Source: Candidatus Hydrogenedentota bacterium (GTDB lineage: Bacteria; Hydrogenedentota; Hydrogenedentia; Hydrogenedentales; SLHB01). From it: a stretch of DNA of 36,078 nt. Positions 24,748 to 34,244 of this stretch are shown here, piece by piece. The translations under genes and the position numbers were made by a program. Position 1 is the stretch's first letter, and every line of letters begins with the position of its first letter. Where the stretch lies: NCBI GenBank assembly GCA_045863295.1, contig BTWA01000019.1:1-36078 (forward strand). Direction: 5' to 3'. The notes below the pieces were generated by a model. The model ran no database searches. It worked only from the letters and a program-made list of their open reading frames with translations, and was not told the origin of the DNA.

Positions 24748-26312
24748 TCGGAAGTCTTATTCGCTCTTAGTCTGCGCCGGGCCAGTGCGAGCACGCCCGC
24801 GGCGAGGGCCACGGCGAGAACCAGCTTCGGCGTTTCACCCACATGGAAGGGGCGCGGGGCATTGGCAGGCAATTCAAAAACGCCGCCGAACCGGTACATC
24901 ACGGTGTCGGCGATGGGAAAGTCGTCCTTGAGGCGATACACGGTGCCGCGCCGGTCGAAGATGGTGTTGACGCCTTTGAAACGACCGTACGGGTCGAACA
25001 CGCCGGTGATGCCAGTGTTTGTGGAGTGCACCACGGGAAGCCTCGTTTCGATGGCGCGCATGCGGGCCATCTCGAATTCCTGAGGCAGGGCGCTGCTGGC
25101 GCCGAACCAACCGAGGTTTGTGATTACTACGAGGAAGTCCGCGCCGCTTTTGCGCAGTTTCTCGGCCATGGGGGCGAACAGCACCTCGAAACAGATCAAA
25201 GGGCCGAACGTGCGCCCGGCGACCTGGAACGTCTTCGGTTCGTTGCCTGGGCGGATGTCACCGATGGCCGGCACGACCTTGGTAATGATCGGCACGTATT
25301 CGCCAAACGGCACGTACTCGCCGAACGGAGCGAGATGGATCTTGTCGTAATGTTCGCCGACGCTTCCATCGGGGCCAATGAGGTAACTCGAATTCAGCGC
25401 GCCGCCGTTATCCGGGTCGGCGCGGTGCGCGCCGGTGAAAACGGATGCGCCGGTGTCGATCGCGAGCGAGGTAATCTCGGTGTGGATGTCTTCGCGATCG
25501 AGGTCGTCCATCACCAGCGATTCGGGCCAGACGATGAGATCCACGTCCAGGCCCGAGGCAAGCAGCCGGGACTTCTGCGCCGTGTTTCGGATCATCTCGG
25601 CGGTGTATTCCTCGTCCCACTTCATTTCCAGGGGGAAATCCGGTTGCACAAGGGCAAGGGTGAGGGGTTTGGATTGGGGATCGGCATCGGCGAGCAAAGC
25701 CCGCCCGGCGACGTGCGCGGACACTATCACGGCGAGCGCGCACACCGCGTACACGGCGCGCAACCGGTCGACGTGCCCATACACGACGGCCGCGAGGAGG
25801 CCGTTGAACAACGAGATGCCCGCGGCGAGGATGGACGTTCCCGCGATGGAAGCCAGTTGCACATAGGCTGCGTTGTTGCCTTGGGTGTAGCCCAGAGCGC
25901 TCCAGCCAAAACCGGTAAAAAGCCGTGCCTGGAGCCATTCCATAATCACCCAGCATGCGGCGAACGCCACGGCGCGCGGGAAACCGCCCAAGGGCAGCGT
26001 GAATGCCCAACACCCGCCCACCAGCGCCCAGTAGCCGCCGAGGATCGCGCATAACGCGACATACCCCGTGAAGGCCCATCCCCCCGCCCAATAGACGTTG
26101 GCCATCAGCCAATGCAGCAGAATCAAATGAAACACGAAACCCGCCACAAAGAAATGGCCCGCCGTGGCACGCGGAGACATCAGCCAGGTCTTGATCAAGA
26201 GTGGCACCAGCGCCACCCACGCTAGCACAAAAAAGTGCCACCTCGGAAACGAGGCGGCCAGTAGTGCACCGGTAAGCAGAGCAGGGAAATAACGGCTGAG
26301 AGAGGATTTCAT
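24744..26312 (-). CDS. lnt: Apolipoprotein N-acyltransferase
   Basis: N-terminal TM region, GFGW..LGY, and the nitrilase triad WPES / YDKIHLAPFGEY / ICFE. Overlaps murJ by 4 bp. Confidence 0.96.
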   Translation of the reverse strand: MKSSLSRYFPALLTGALLAASFPRWHFFVLAWVALVPLLIKTWLMSPRATAGHFFVAGFVFHLILLHWLMANVYWAGGWAFTGYVALCAILGGYWALVGGCWAFTLPLGGFPRAVAFAACWVIMEWLQARLFTGFGWSALGYTQGNNAAYVQLASIAGTSILAAGISLFNGLLAAVVYGHVDRLRAVYAVCALAVIVSAHVAGRALLADADPQSKPLTLALVQPDFPLEMKWDEEYTAEMIRNTAQKSRLLASGLDVDLIVWPESLVMDDLDREDIHTEITSLAIDTGASVFTGAHRADPDNGGALNSSYLIGPDGSVGEHYDKIHLAPFGEYVPFGEYVPIITKVVPAIGDIRPGNEPKTFQVAGRTFGPLICFEVLFAPMAEKLRKSGADFLVVITNLGWFGASSALPQEFEMARMRAIETRLPVVHSTNTGITGVFDPYGRFKGVNTIFDRRGTVYRLKDDFPIADTVMYRFGGVFELPANAPRPFHVGETPKLVLAVALAAGVLALARRRLRANKTSE

Positions 26313-26495
26313 GACCCGAGGATCATGCGCGAGGCGTTACCTGATTTTCAATATGACGAGGCGCGGGAGGGGCCGGTCCAAGCGAGTGCTTTTCCATCTC
26401 CATTCGTTACCCTTCGGGACAACCCGACCCTGGCCTTCCCTCTCGTCGTACTGGAACCGTGCCTCCCTGACCACGTCATTTTGTCACGAACCAAT

Positions 26496-26727
26496 AGCCA
26501 AAGCGCCGTCGCCAGCCGCCTTTGGGCGGCTTCAGCCGGCGCACTCCATATCGCAATTTGGACTGCGGTGGCAAAGGTGCCAGCCGTCGACACCGCTTTC
26601 ACTCTCAAAGCCAGCAAGGTCCATCGCCGCAATAGCTTTAACCACTGCCCACAACCCCGCCCACACAGAGCCAAAGCGCCGTCGCCAGCCGCCTTTGGGC
26701 GGCTTTTGCCGGCGGACTCCATATCGC
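26496..26727. repeat. REP/BIME-like mosaic
   Basis: 59-bp direct repeats at 26496-26554 and 26669-26727 (56/59 identical, internal AGCCGCC-TTTG-GGCGGCT hairpin), with an oppositely oriented TTGGACTGCGGTG...CACCGCTTT unit at 26558-26599. Confidence 0.85.
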
Positions 26728-27123
26728 TTTATTGTCGATTCCTGGAATTGGAGTGAGCCGTTACTGATGTGAGCGGTCCGACAAATCCTCCTACTACTAT
26801 GGTCTGCCGCGTTGCACTTAAGTCTTTTTAACAAAACAAGGGTCAATTATTGATATGCCGGGTTTGAGGGGATCGGGGAGTAGAAAAGGTGCGTTGCACT
26901 GGGGTGTGGCTTCGAAATTGACGTCCCGGCTCGCCCAGAGGGACGCTTCGGCCCTTCCGCAGCCCGTGTGCACCCCTGACGTCCTGCGGGGTATAGGCCC
27001 GATCAAAGGTCGCGCGAAGGGGCGGAAGTGTGTTAAACTCAATGTTCTCAAAGAATTAATTGCGGTTTGGCGGTGTTCTATTGCCTGACCCTTACAATTC
27101 CAGTGTACTGCAAGGAGAGCGGC

Positions 27124-29757
27124 ATGCCGTCCGCCGACACGATTCGAAAACCCGTAAATCTGGCGCAGGTGCTTCAGTCCGAGATCCTGGCGCACGTCGA
27201 AAAACCGTCCCGCTACGTGGGCACGGAGCTGAACGCCACCCACAAGAACCCGGCGGAGATGGACCTTCGCGTGGCGTTTGTCTTTCCCGATCTCTATGAC
27301 CTTGGGTTGGGCAACCTTGGCATTCACATTCTCTACGCCATCCTGAACCGGTTGGACTGGTGCTGGTGCGAGCGGGCGTATTCGCCGGCGCCGGACATGG
27401 AAAAGCACTTGCGGGATCGGGGGCTGCCGCTGTTTTGCAATGAGTCGAAAGACGAGTTGCAGGCCATGGATCTGATCGGGTTCACGCTCCAGTCCGAATT
27501 GACGTACACCAACATTTTGAATGTCATCGATCTCGCGGGGATGCCGTTGCGCACGAAAGACCGCGAAGACGATGCGCCGTTGCTTTTCGCAGGCGGCCCG
27601 GCGGTGTTCAACCCCGAACCCCTCGCGCCTTTTATCGATTTCTTTGTGATCGGCGAGGGCGAAGACGCCGTGGTTGAGATTGCGGAGTGTCTGCGGACTC
27701 TGCGCCACGCGCCGCGCATGGCGAAACTGGAGGCCGTGGCGAAGATCGAAGGCGTGTACGTGCCGGAACTGTACCCCATGGAGGTGATGCCCAACGGGCA
27801 GATCCTGCCGAAGGAGGACGCGCCGAAGATCGTGAAGCGGCTGGTGAACAGCCTCGACGGCGCGCTGTTTCCCACGAATTACATTGTGCCTTACACGCAG
27901 CAGGTGCACGACCGCCTTTCGCTGGAGGTTTTGCGCGGGTGCACGCAGGGATGCCGGTTTTGCCAGGCGGGCATGGTCACTCGGCCCGTGCGCGAACGTT
28001 CGCTGGAGAACATTGACAAGTTGATGGAAGACAGCCTTGCGAACACGGGCTATGAGGAAGTGTCGCTGGTGTCGCTTTCGACCTGTGATTTTTCGCGGCC
28101 GCGCAAGCTGGTGCAACAGGCGGTGGATCGCGCATCGAAGGATCGCGTGTCGGTATCGTTGCCGTCGTTGCGCCTGGATTCGTTCAGCGTGGAGATGGCG
28201 GATATGGTGGCCGACGTGCGGCGCACGGGCCTGACCTTTGCGCCGGAGGCGGCGAGTCCCCGGTTGCGCGCGCTGATCAACAAGTGGATTCCCGACGAGG
28301 GGTTGTTGGGCATGGCGGCCGAGGCGTACAAGCGCGGCTGGAACCATGTGAAGTGCTATTTCATGATCGGCTTGCCCACGGAACGCGACGAGGATGTGGA
28401 GGCGATAGTCGATTTGTGTATCCGCACGCTGAAAGTCGGAAAAGAGATCAATCCCAAGGCGAAAGTGAACCTTGGCGTGTCCACGTTTGTGCCCAAGCCG
28501 TTCACACCGTTTCAGTGGGCCGAACAAATCATGATGACGGAGACCGAGCGGCGGCAGAATATTCTGGAGCACGGCTTCCGCAAGTTCACCGGCGCGATCA
28601 AATTTGGCCGACACACGCCGGAGACCACCTTCATCGAAGGGCTGGTGACGCGCGCGGACCGGCGGGGCGCGGATTTGATCGAAGCGGCGTGGCGCAACGG
28701 GGCGCGGTTCGAGTCGTGGGACGAGTGGTGCAATCTCGATGCATGGCTGAAGGCCATTGACGACATCAATTACGACGTGGCCTTCGAGTTCCGCGAGCGC
28801 GATCTCAACGAGCGTTTGCCTTGGGATCACATTGACGTGATGATGCCCAAGGAATGGTTCCAGGAAGATTGGAAGCGCGCCATGGAATTGAAGCATGCGC
28901 AGGATTGCCGGGCGGGCAAATGTCACTTGTGCGGCGTGATTTACCGCGAGCGCGAGTTGTGCAAGCACATGCTGAAGAACCAGAAACAGGGCCGTCTCGA
29001 CGAGATCGACTGGCAACCGTCGCCCAAGCGGGAAGCGGGGGAGAAGCCCGGCCTGCAGCGGCTGCGCTTCAAGATTGGCCGCGAAGGCGAAGTGAAATGG
29101 CTCTCGCACCTGGAATTAATGAATGCCTGGGTGCGTTCATTGCGCCGTGCGCGCGCCCCCATCGCTTATTCCAATGGTTTTCACGCGCACCCCAAGATCA
29201 CATTTGCGAGCGCCCCTCCCGTCGGGGAGGAATCCGTGGGAGACTACATGGACGTGGTGTTGTCGGACTACGCGGAACCGAAGGCCTTGCTTGCCCGCTT
29301 GAAGAGCGTTCTCGCGCCCGGATTTCGCGTGTTCGACGTGGAGGACGTGCCGCTCCATGGTCCATCGCTGATGTCCCTGTGCGCGGGATACTCGTATACG
29401 ATTTATGCGGATGCGCCGGTGGAACCGCTTCGCGATCGCATCAACGAAATCATGGCCTCGGACGAGCAATACGTCGATCGCCGGTTGAAGACCAAGAACA
29501 AGAAGGGTCAGCGGCGTTTGACCAACCGGACTACCGAGTTGAATGTCCGCCCGATGATCCATGCGCTGTCGATTCGCGAATCCTCGGAGAATCAGTGCGT
29601 CATCGATCTGGAAATCCGGACGGTGGAACGGCGGGGCATCCGGTTGCGCGAAGTGCTTCAATTGCTTGATTTGAGCGACAGTACCGGCGTGCGTGTGTTA
29701 AAGCGGGCCACGATACTCGCCAGCACGGCCGAGGAATCGTTGGCCCTCGGCGTCTGA
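27124..29757 (+). CDS. TIGR03960-type radical SAM protein fused to a TIGR03936-type radical SAM-linked domain
   Basis: AAGGAG RBS. VEKPSRYVGTELN, FPDLYDLG, RGCTQGCRFCQAG (CxxxCxxC), LTFAPEA, YFMIGLPTE, FVPKPFTPFQW. C-terminal WLSHLEL...YSNGFHAHPKITF. Confidence 0.92.
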   Translation: MPSADTIRKPVNLAQVLQSEILAHVEKPSRYVGTELNATHKNPAEMDLRVAFVFPDLYDLGLGNLGIHILYAILNRLDWCWCERAYSPAPDMEKHLRDRGLPLFCNESKDELQAMDLIGFTLQSELTYTNILNVIDLAGMPLRTKDREDDAPLLFAGGPAVFNPEPLAPFIDFFVIGEGEDAVVEIAECLRTLRHAPRMAKLEAVAKIEGVYVPELYPMEVMPNGQILPKEDAPKIVKRLVNSLDGALFPTNYIVPYTQQVHDRLSLEVLRGCTQGCRFCQAGMVTRPVRERSLENIDKLMEDSLANTGYEEVSLVSLSTCDFSRPRKLVQQAVDRASKDRVSVSLPSLRLDSFSVEMADMVADVRRTGLTFAPEAASPRLRALINKWIPDEGLLGMAAEAYKRGWNHVKCYFMIGLPTERDEDVEAIVDLCIRTLKVGKEINPKAKVNLGVSTFVPKPFTPFQWAEQIMMTETERRQNILEHGFRKFTGAIKFGRHTPETTFIEGLVTRADRRGADLIEAAWRNGARFESWDEWCNLDAWLKAIDDINYDVAFEFRERDLNERLPWDHIDVMMPKEWFQEDWKRAMELKHAQDCRAGKCHLCGVIYRERELCKHMLKNQKQGRLDEIDWQPSPKREAGEKPGLQRLRFKIGREGEVKWLSHLELMNAWVRSLRRARAPIAYSNGFHAHPKITFASAPPVGEESVGDYMDVVLSDYAEPKALLARLKSVLAPGFRVFDVEDVPLHGPSLMSLCAGYSYTIYADAPVEPLRDRINEIMASDEQYVDRRLKTKNKKGQRRLTNRTTELNVRPMIHALSIRESSENQCVIDLEIRTVERRGIRLREVLQLLDLSDSTGVRVLKRATILASTAEESLALGV

Positions 29758-29761
29758 TCGG

Positions 29762-32700
29762 TTACTTTCCGAAGGCCGGCTCCGCGGGAGGCTCCGCTTT
29801 GCGTACCGGCGCGAGCGCGTGATCGCGCGTCGGTCCGCTGCCCAGCGTGCTGAGGCATGCGGGCAGCAGAATGACCACCGGTGCGGAGAGTATCGTGCCG
29901 AACCCGAGCGCGATCGCCATGGGCACCAAAAACCGCGCCTGACTGGACGTTTCCAGGATCATTGGCGCAAGCCCGGCAAAGGTGGTCAATGAGGTGAGCA
30001 GGATCGGGCGGAACCGCCGCCGCGCCGCGGCCACGACGGCGTCCTGGATATGCATGTTTTCTTCCTGAATAAGCCGGTCGATTTCCTGATTGAGGACAAG
30101 GCCGCCATTCACGACAAGGCCGCTGAGCGCAATCATGCCGAACACGCTGACGATCGAAAGGTCGTAGCCCAGAATGACATGGCCCAAGAGCGCGGCCCCC
30201 ACGGCAAACGGGATGATGAGCATGACAAACAAGGCCCGCGTATAGCTTCTAAAGAGCGCGGCCAAGAGCCCGAAAATGATGGCGAGGGCCACGCCGAGTC
30301 CCAGCTTCAGCCGGTTCATGGCGCGATCTTCTTCGCGCTGGCGGCCCGAAAACTCGAATGACAGCCCGCGGAATTCGTCCGCCAATTGGGGCAAGACGCT
30401 TTCGCGAAGGGCCGCGCGAATTTCGTTCGAACTTGCAATCTCCGGAATGACATTGCAGGTCACTTCCAGCACGCGCTGGCCATCCACACGAATGATCTCG
30501 GTATAGGCCGTGCCGAAATTCAGTTTGGCCACCTGAGACAGCGGCGCTTCGCCGCCGTTGGGTGTGCGAATAATCAGGCCTTCGACATTGTTCAGCGATT
30601 GGCGTTCCGCCTGCGGCAGCCGCACCATGACCTTCACTTCGTGCCGGCCTCGTTGAAAGCGCAACGCCTCCGCACCGTAAAACGCATGTCGAACCTGCCT
30701 GCCCACGAGTTCCGGCGTCAATCCCAGCGACTTGCCCTCTTCGGTCAGGTCCACGCTGATTTGCGTCTTGCCCGCGCTGAATCCGTCCTTGATATCGGAG
30801 ACGCCATTGAACGTGGCGAGTTGTTGGGCCAGTTCCGTTGCGGCCGCCTCGAGGACATCGCGATCGGGGTGGGAAAGTTCAACGGTCAAACCGGCGCCGC
30901 TGCCGGGCCCCTCTTCCCATTCAAAGAAGAGGGATTTGAGGCCGGGCACTTCGCCGATCTCCTCGCGCCAGAGTTTGGCGAACGTGTCCTCGGTAAAATC
31001 GCGCTCGTCCGCGGGGATGAGATAGAAGTTCACATCTGCCCAGTTTTCGCCTCTTCGGCCCACCACATTCATGCGACCGTTGACGACTTTGTCACGCCCG
31101 CCGAGTTTGTCGGCGGCGCGGAGGCCTGCTTCCTCGATGTGGTTGGCTATCGCCACGGTATCCGCAAACGCGGAGCCGATGGGCGTCTGGGCCTCTGCAT
31201 CGACGCGCAGGCTTGTAATGACAGGATTGAAGGTGTAATTCATGCGGCCGCTGTAGTACCAGACATACATGAGCGACAGGCTGCCAAAGAGCAGGCTGAT
31301 CGTCAACAGGCGATGGTGGACGCAGAAACGCACGATTGGAACAATCGTGGAGTCAGTCAGGCGATCGAACGATTCGGAAATCCTGCGTTGAAACCGCGTC
31401 AAGGCGGCAATAGGTCCTCGCCCCGTGGCTGATTCGCGGCCGTGACCCAAGTGCGCGGGGAGGATAAACAGCGCTTCAAGCAAGGACACGACGAACACGG
31501 CGATGACCACCGCGGGCAATGGCGCAAAGAACCGGCCTGTCTCGCCGGGCACAAACATGAGGGGGACGAAAGCGATGATGTTGGTGCCAATCGAGAAGAT
31601 GACGGGCACCACCATTTCCCGGGATCCTTCAATGGCCGCTTGCAGCCGCGGCATGCCTTGCTGGATCCGGTAAAAGACGTTGTCGCCGATGATGACGGCG
31701 TCGTCGACCACGATGCCGAGCGTAATGATGTAGGCGAACAGGGAGATCATATTGATGCTGGCATCGAGCGCGGGCAAGAGGAGCAGCGAGCCGGCAATGG
31801 TCGTGGGGATGCCAAAGGCGACCCAAAAGGCGAGGCGCGGGGCAAGGAAACAACCGAGCACTAGAAGCACCAAGGCGAAGCCCATGAGTCCGTTGGTCAT
31901 CAGCAGTTGCAGCCGCTCCCGGTATTGCTCGGCCCGATCGCGCATGACGTGCACGCCCGCGCCTTCGGGCAATTCGTCCTTGATTTCCTCAAGGTATTTG
32001 TTCACGGCATCCGCGATGTCCAACGGTTTTTCCTGGCCGGACTCAAAGATGCTGACGAAGATGCCGTGGCCGCCGTTGAAGAGATTTTGGGACAGGCGAT
32101 CTTCGAAGCCGTCGGTGATTTTGGCGATATCCGCGACGCGCACGTCGGCGCCGTCCGCCGTCGAAACGAGGATGATATTTCCGTATTCGCTTGCGAAGTC
32201 GCGGCGCTCGCGTGTACGGAGCAGTACTTCGCCCGCTTCGGTCCTAATGCCGCCGGCGGGCGTATCCTGCGCGGATTGTTCGATGATCTGGGCGACGTCG
32301 GTGAGGGTCAGTCCGAGCGCGCGCAGCCGTGCCTGGGGAATTTCAATCGTAATTTCGGGATCGCGCTGGGTGTTGACTTCCACCTGGGTAACTTCGGGCA
32401 GCGCAATCAAGTCGCGTCGAATGCGTTCGGCCAGGTCGAAGATCTGCTGCTCGTCGAATGGGCCGTGAACGATCAGCCAAAATACGCTTTCCTGTTCTTC
32501 CTGAAGTTCGACATTGGGGCGCTCGGCTTCTTCGGGCAGCGAGCTGACCCGGTCGACGGCGTTTTTGACCTCTTGCAGCGCGCGGTTTGGATCGACGCCT
32601 TCGGTGAGTTCCACCTGAATTTGCGCGGAGCCTTCCTCGGCCGTTGACACGACGCGCTCCACTTCGGTCAGTCCGCGCAGCTCTTCTTCGACCGCGAGGA

Positions 32701-32932
32701 TGATCCCTTCCTCGACTTCTTCCGGCGAAGCGCCGGGATAGGAGATGGAGATATCGACGATGTCGAGCTGAAAACTTGGGAAGACTTCCTGTTTGATGGA
32801 GAGCGCGGAAAACAGGCCGCCGCCGAGCAGGGCAAACATGAACAGGTTTGCCGCGACGCTGTTGCGCGTCATCCATTCAACCACGCCGCCCGATGCCTTG
32901 GGCGGGATGGGATTGGAGCCTGGCGCACTCAT
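29762..32932 (-). CDS. RND efflux permease (AcrB/CusA superfamily)
   Basis: YPGASPEEVE, GIVVDDA and RFRPILLTSLTT motifs, 1056 aa. Confidence 0.95.
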   Translation of the reverse strand: MSAPGSNPIPPKASGGVVEWMTRNSVAANLFMFALLGGGLFSALSIKQEVFPSFQLDIVDISISYPGASPEEVEEGIILAVEEELRGLTEVERVVSTAEEGSAQIQVELTEGVDPNRALQEVKNAVDRVSSLPEEAERPNVELQEEQESVFWLIVHGPFDEQQIFDLAERIRRDLIALPEVTQVEVNTQRDPEITIEIPQARLRALGLTLTDVAQIIEQSAQDTPAGGIRTEAGEVLLRTRERRDFASEYGNIILVSTADGADVRVADIAKITDGFEDRLSQNLFNGGHGIFVSIFESGQEKPLDIADAVNKYLEEIKDELPEGAGVHVMRDRAEQYRERLQLLMTNGLMGFALVLLVLGCFLAPRLAFWVAFGIPTTIAGSLLLLPALDASINMISLFAYIITLGIVVDDAVIIGDNVFYRIQQGMPRLQAAIEGSREMVVPVIFSIGTNIIAFVPLMFVPGETGRFFAPLPAVVIAVFVVSLLEALFILPAHLGHGRESATGRGPIAALTRFQRRISESFDRLTDSTIVPIVRFCVHHRLLTISLLFGSLSLMYVWYYSGRMNYTFNPVITSLRVDAEAQTPIGSAFADTVAIANHIEEAGLRAADKLGGRDKVVNGRMNVVGRRGENWADVNFYLIPADERDFTEDTFAKLWREEIGEVPGLKSLFFEWEEGPGSGAGLTVELSHPDRDVLEAAATELAQQLATFNGVSDIKDGFSAGKTQISVDLTEEGKSLGLTPELVGRQVRHAFYGAEALRFQRGRHEVKVMVRLPQAERQSLNNVEGLIIRTPNGGEAPLSQVAKLNFGTAYTEIIRVDGQRVLEVTCNVIPEIASSNEIRAALRESVLPQLADEFRGLSFEFSGRQREEDRAMNRLKLGLGVALAIIFGLLAALFRSYTRALFVMLIIPFAVGAALLGHVILGYDLSIVSVFGMIALSGLVVNGGLVLNQEIDRLIQEENMHIQDAVVAAARRRFRPILLTSLTTFAGLAPMILETSSQARFLVPMAIALGFGTILSAPVVILLPACLSTLGSGPTRDHALAPVRKAEPPAEPAFGK

Positions 32933-34134
32933 GCCGGAGGCATTTCCGGCTGTGCCGGGGCTGAATCCTTCGTCCGGACTTCCATGCCGGGCAGTGCATG
33001 TTCCAGCGGCGACAGAATGAGCCGATCGCCGGGTTCGAACACATCGACAATGGCCACTTCGTCGACTTGCTGCCAGACGATTTCCGCCTGCCGGATCTGG
33101 AGATGGTTGCTGGCATCGGCCACCCAGAGCTTGTCGTTTTCACGGAGGCCGCTGCGCGGAATGGGGATGGCGTTTTCGACCTGGCCGGCATCGATTTCTA
33201 CGCGCACGTATGTATTCAGCGGCAGAGGCCGTTGGTTGGGGTCATCGGCATTCAGTGCAAGCGGATCGTCAACTTCGATGAGGACAAGGGCCATACGGCC
33301 GTCGGGATCCACCTGACCCATGTGGCGCAGCAGCTTGGCTTCGACGCCGTCGGATTGTCCGCTGTGGATTTCGCTGTACACGCGTACGCCGCAGGCTCCG
33401 TTGTCCTCGGCCTCGAGGACCGCTCCGAGGTGGGCGGCGCGCACGGACGCCTGAATCCAGAACGCATCGGTGCCGACGAGCGTGGCGATGGTGTCGCCCG
33501 GGGTGGCCTGTTGTCCGACGTCGACCAACTCTTCCAGTACCATGGCGTCAAATGGAGCGTAGATTTCGGTTCGTTTGAGGTCGAGTTCAGCCTTGGCCAC
33601 GTCGCTTTCGGCGGAGGCGATGCGGGCCTTTGCCTGATTGAGTTGCGGTTCGCGGAGCATCAATTCCCGGCCGAGTTCGGCATCGGGCAGGTCCTTGCCG
33701 AACAGTTCCCATTCCCGCTCTGCGACGCGCTGGCGTCCCAATTCCACTTCCAGGGCGGCTTGGGTTTCCTGAAGCGCGGCCTTGGCGCGGGACAGCGCGA
33801 GTTCGTATTCGCTTTTGTCGATGGCCACGAGCAACTCACCGGAGCGAATTGTGCCACCGGGCTGCAATGCGGGGTGCATGGAGGTGATTCGTCCGCCGAC
33901 TTCGAGCGACAACGAGACTTCCTGGGCGGGGCGGACCGTGCCAAAGGCTTCGACCACGCGGGACATGGGATGTTGGGATACGGTCAGGACTTCAACCATG
34001 GGCGGCAGGCGCTTGTCCACGGTGCGTTCGGTTTTTGGGGCCGTGGCCATCAGGAAGGAACCGGCGGCGATTGATCCGCCGACAACCGCGAGCGGCAACA
34101 GCACTCCCATGACAATTTTGAATACCAACTTCAT
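32929..34134 (-). CDS. RND periplasmic adaptor (MFP)
   Basis: N-terminal TM, lipoyl/hairpin signatures (EVGGRI, G.LL..ID, RTEIYAPFD). Overlaps the permease by 4 bp. Confidence 0.93.
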   Translation of the reverse strand: MKLVFKIVMGVLLPLAVVGGSIAAGSFLMATAPKTERTVDKRLPPMVEVLTVSQHPMSRVVEAFGTVRPAQEVSLSLEVGGRITSMHPALQPGGTIRSGELLVAIDKSEYELALSRAKAALQETQAALEVELGRQRVAEREWELFGKDLPDAELGRELMLREPQLNQAKARIASAESDVAKAELDLKRTEIYAPFDAMVLEELVDVGQQATPGDTIATLVGTDAFWIQASVRAAHLGAVLEAEDNGACGVRVYSEIHSGQSDGVEAKLLRHMGQVDPDGRMALVLIEVDDPLALNADDPNQRPLPLNTYVRVEIDAGQVENAIPIPRSGLRENDKLWVADASNHLQIRQAEIVWQQVDEVAIVDVFEPGDRLILSPLEHALPGMEVRTKDSAPAQPEMPPA

Positions 34135-34244
34135 GTCAAGCGTACCATTTCCAAGTTCCGCCCATCATTGGGCGTCTATAGTACCTTATTGCCCGGGGTT
34201 CCGCCCACTTGCGCGGTACGGAGGGGTTGCGATGTGTGGCCGGA

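Noticed and set aside
26496..26727. CRISPR array
   Set aside because: Only two 59-bp copies, a palindromic intervening unit, wrong repeat and spacer sizes, and no cas genes.
26818..29109. 763-aa minus-strand ORF
   Set aside because: Antisense shadow of the radical SAM gene with no domain motifs.
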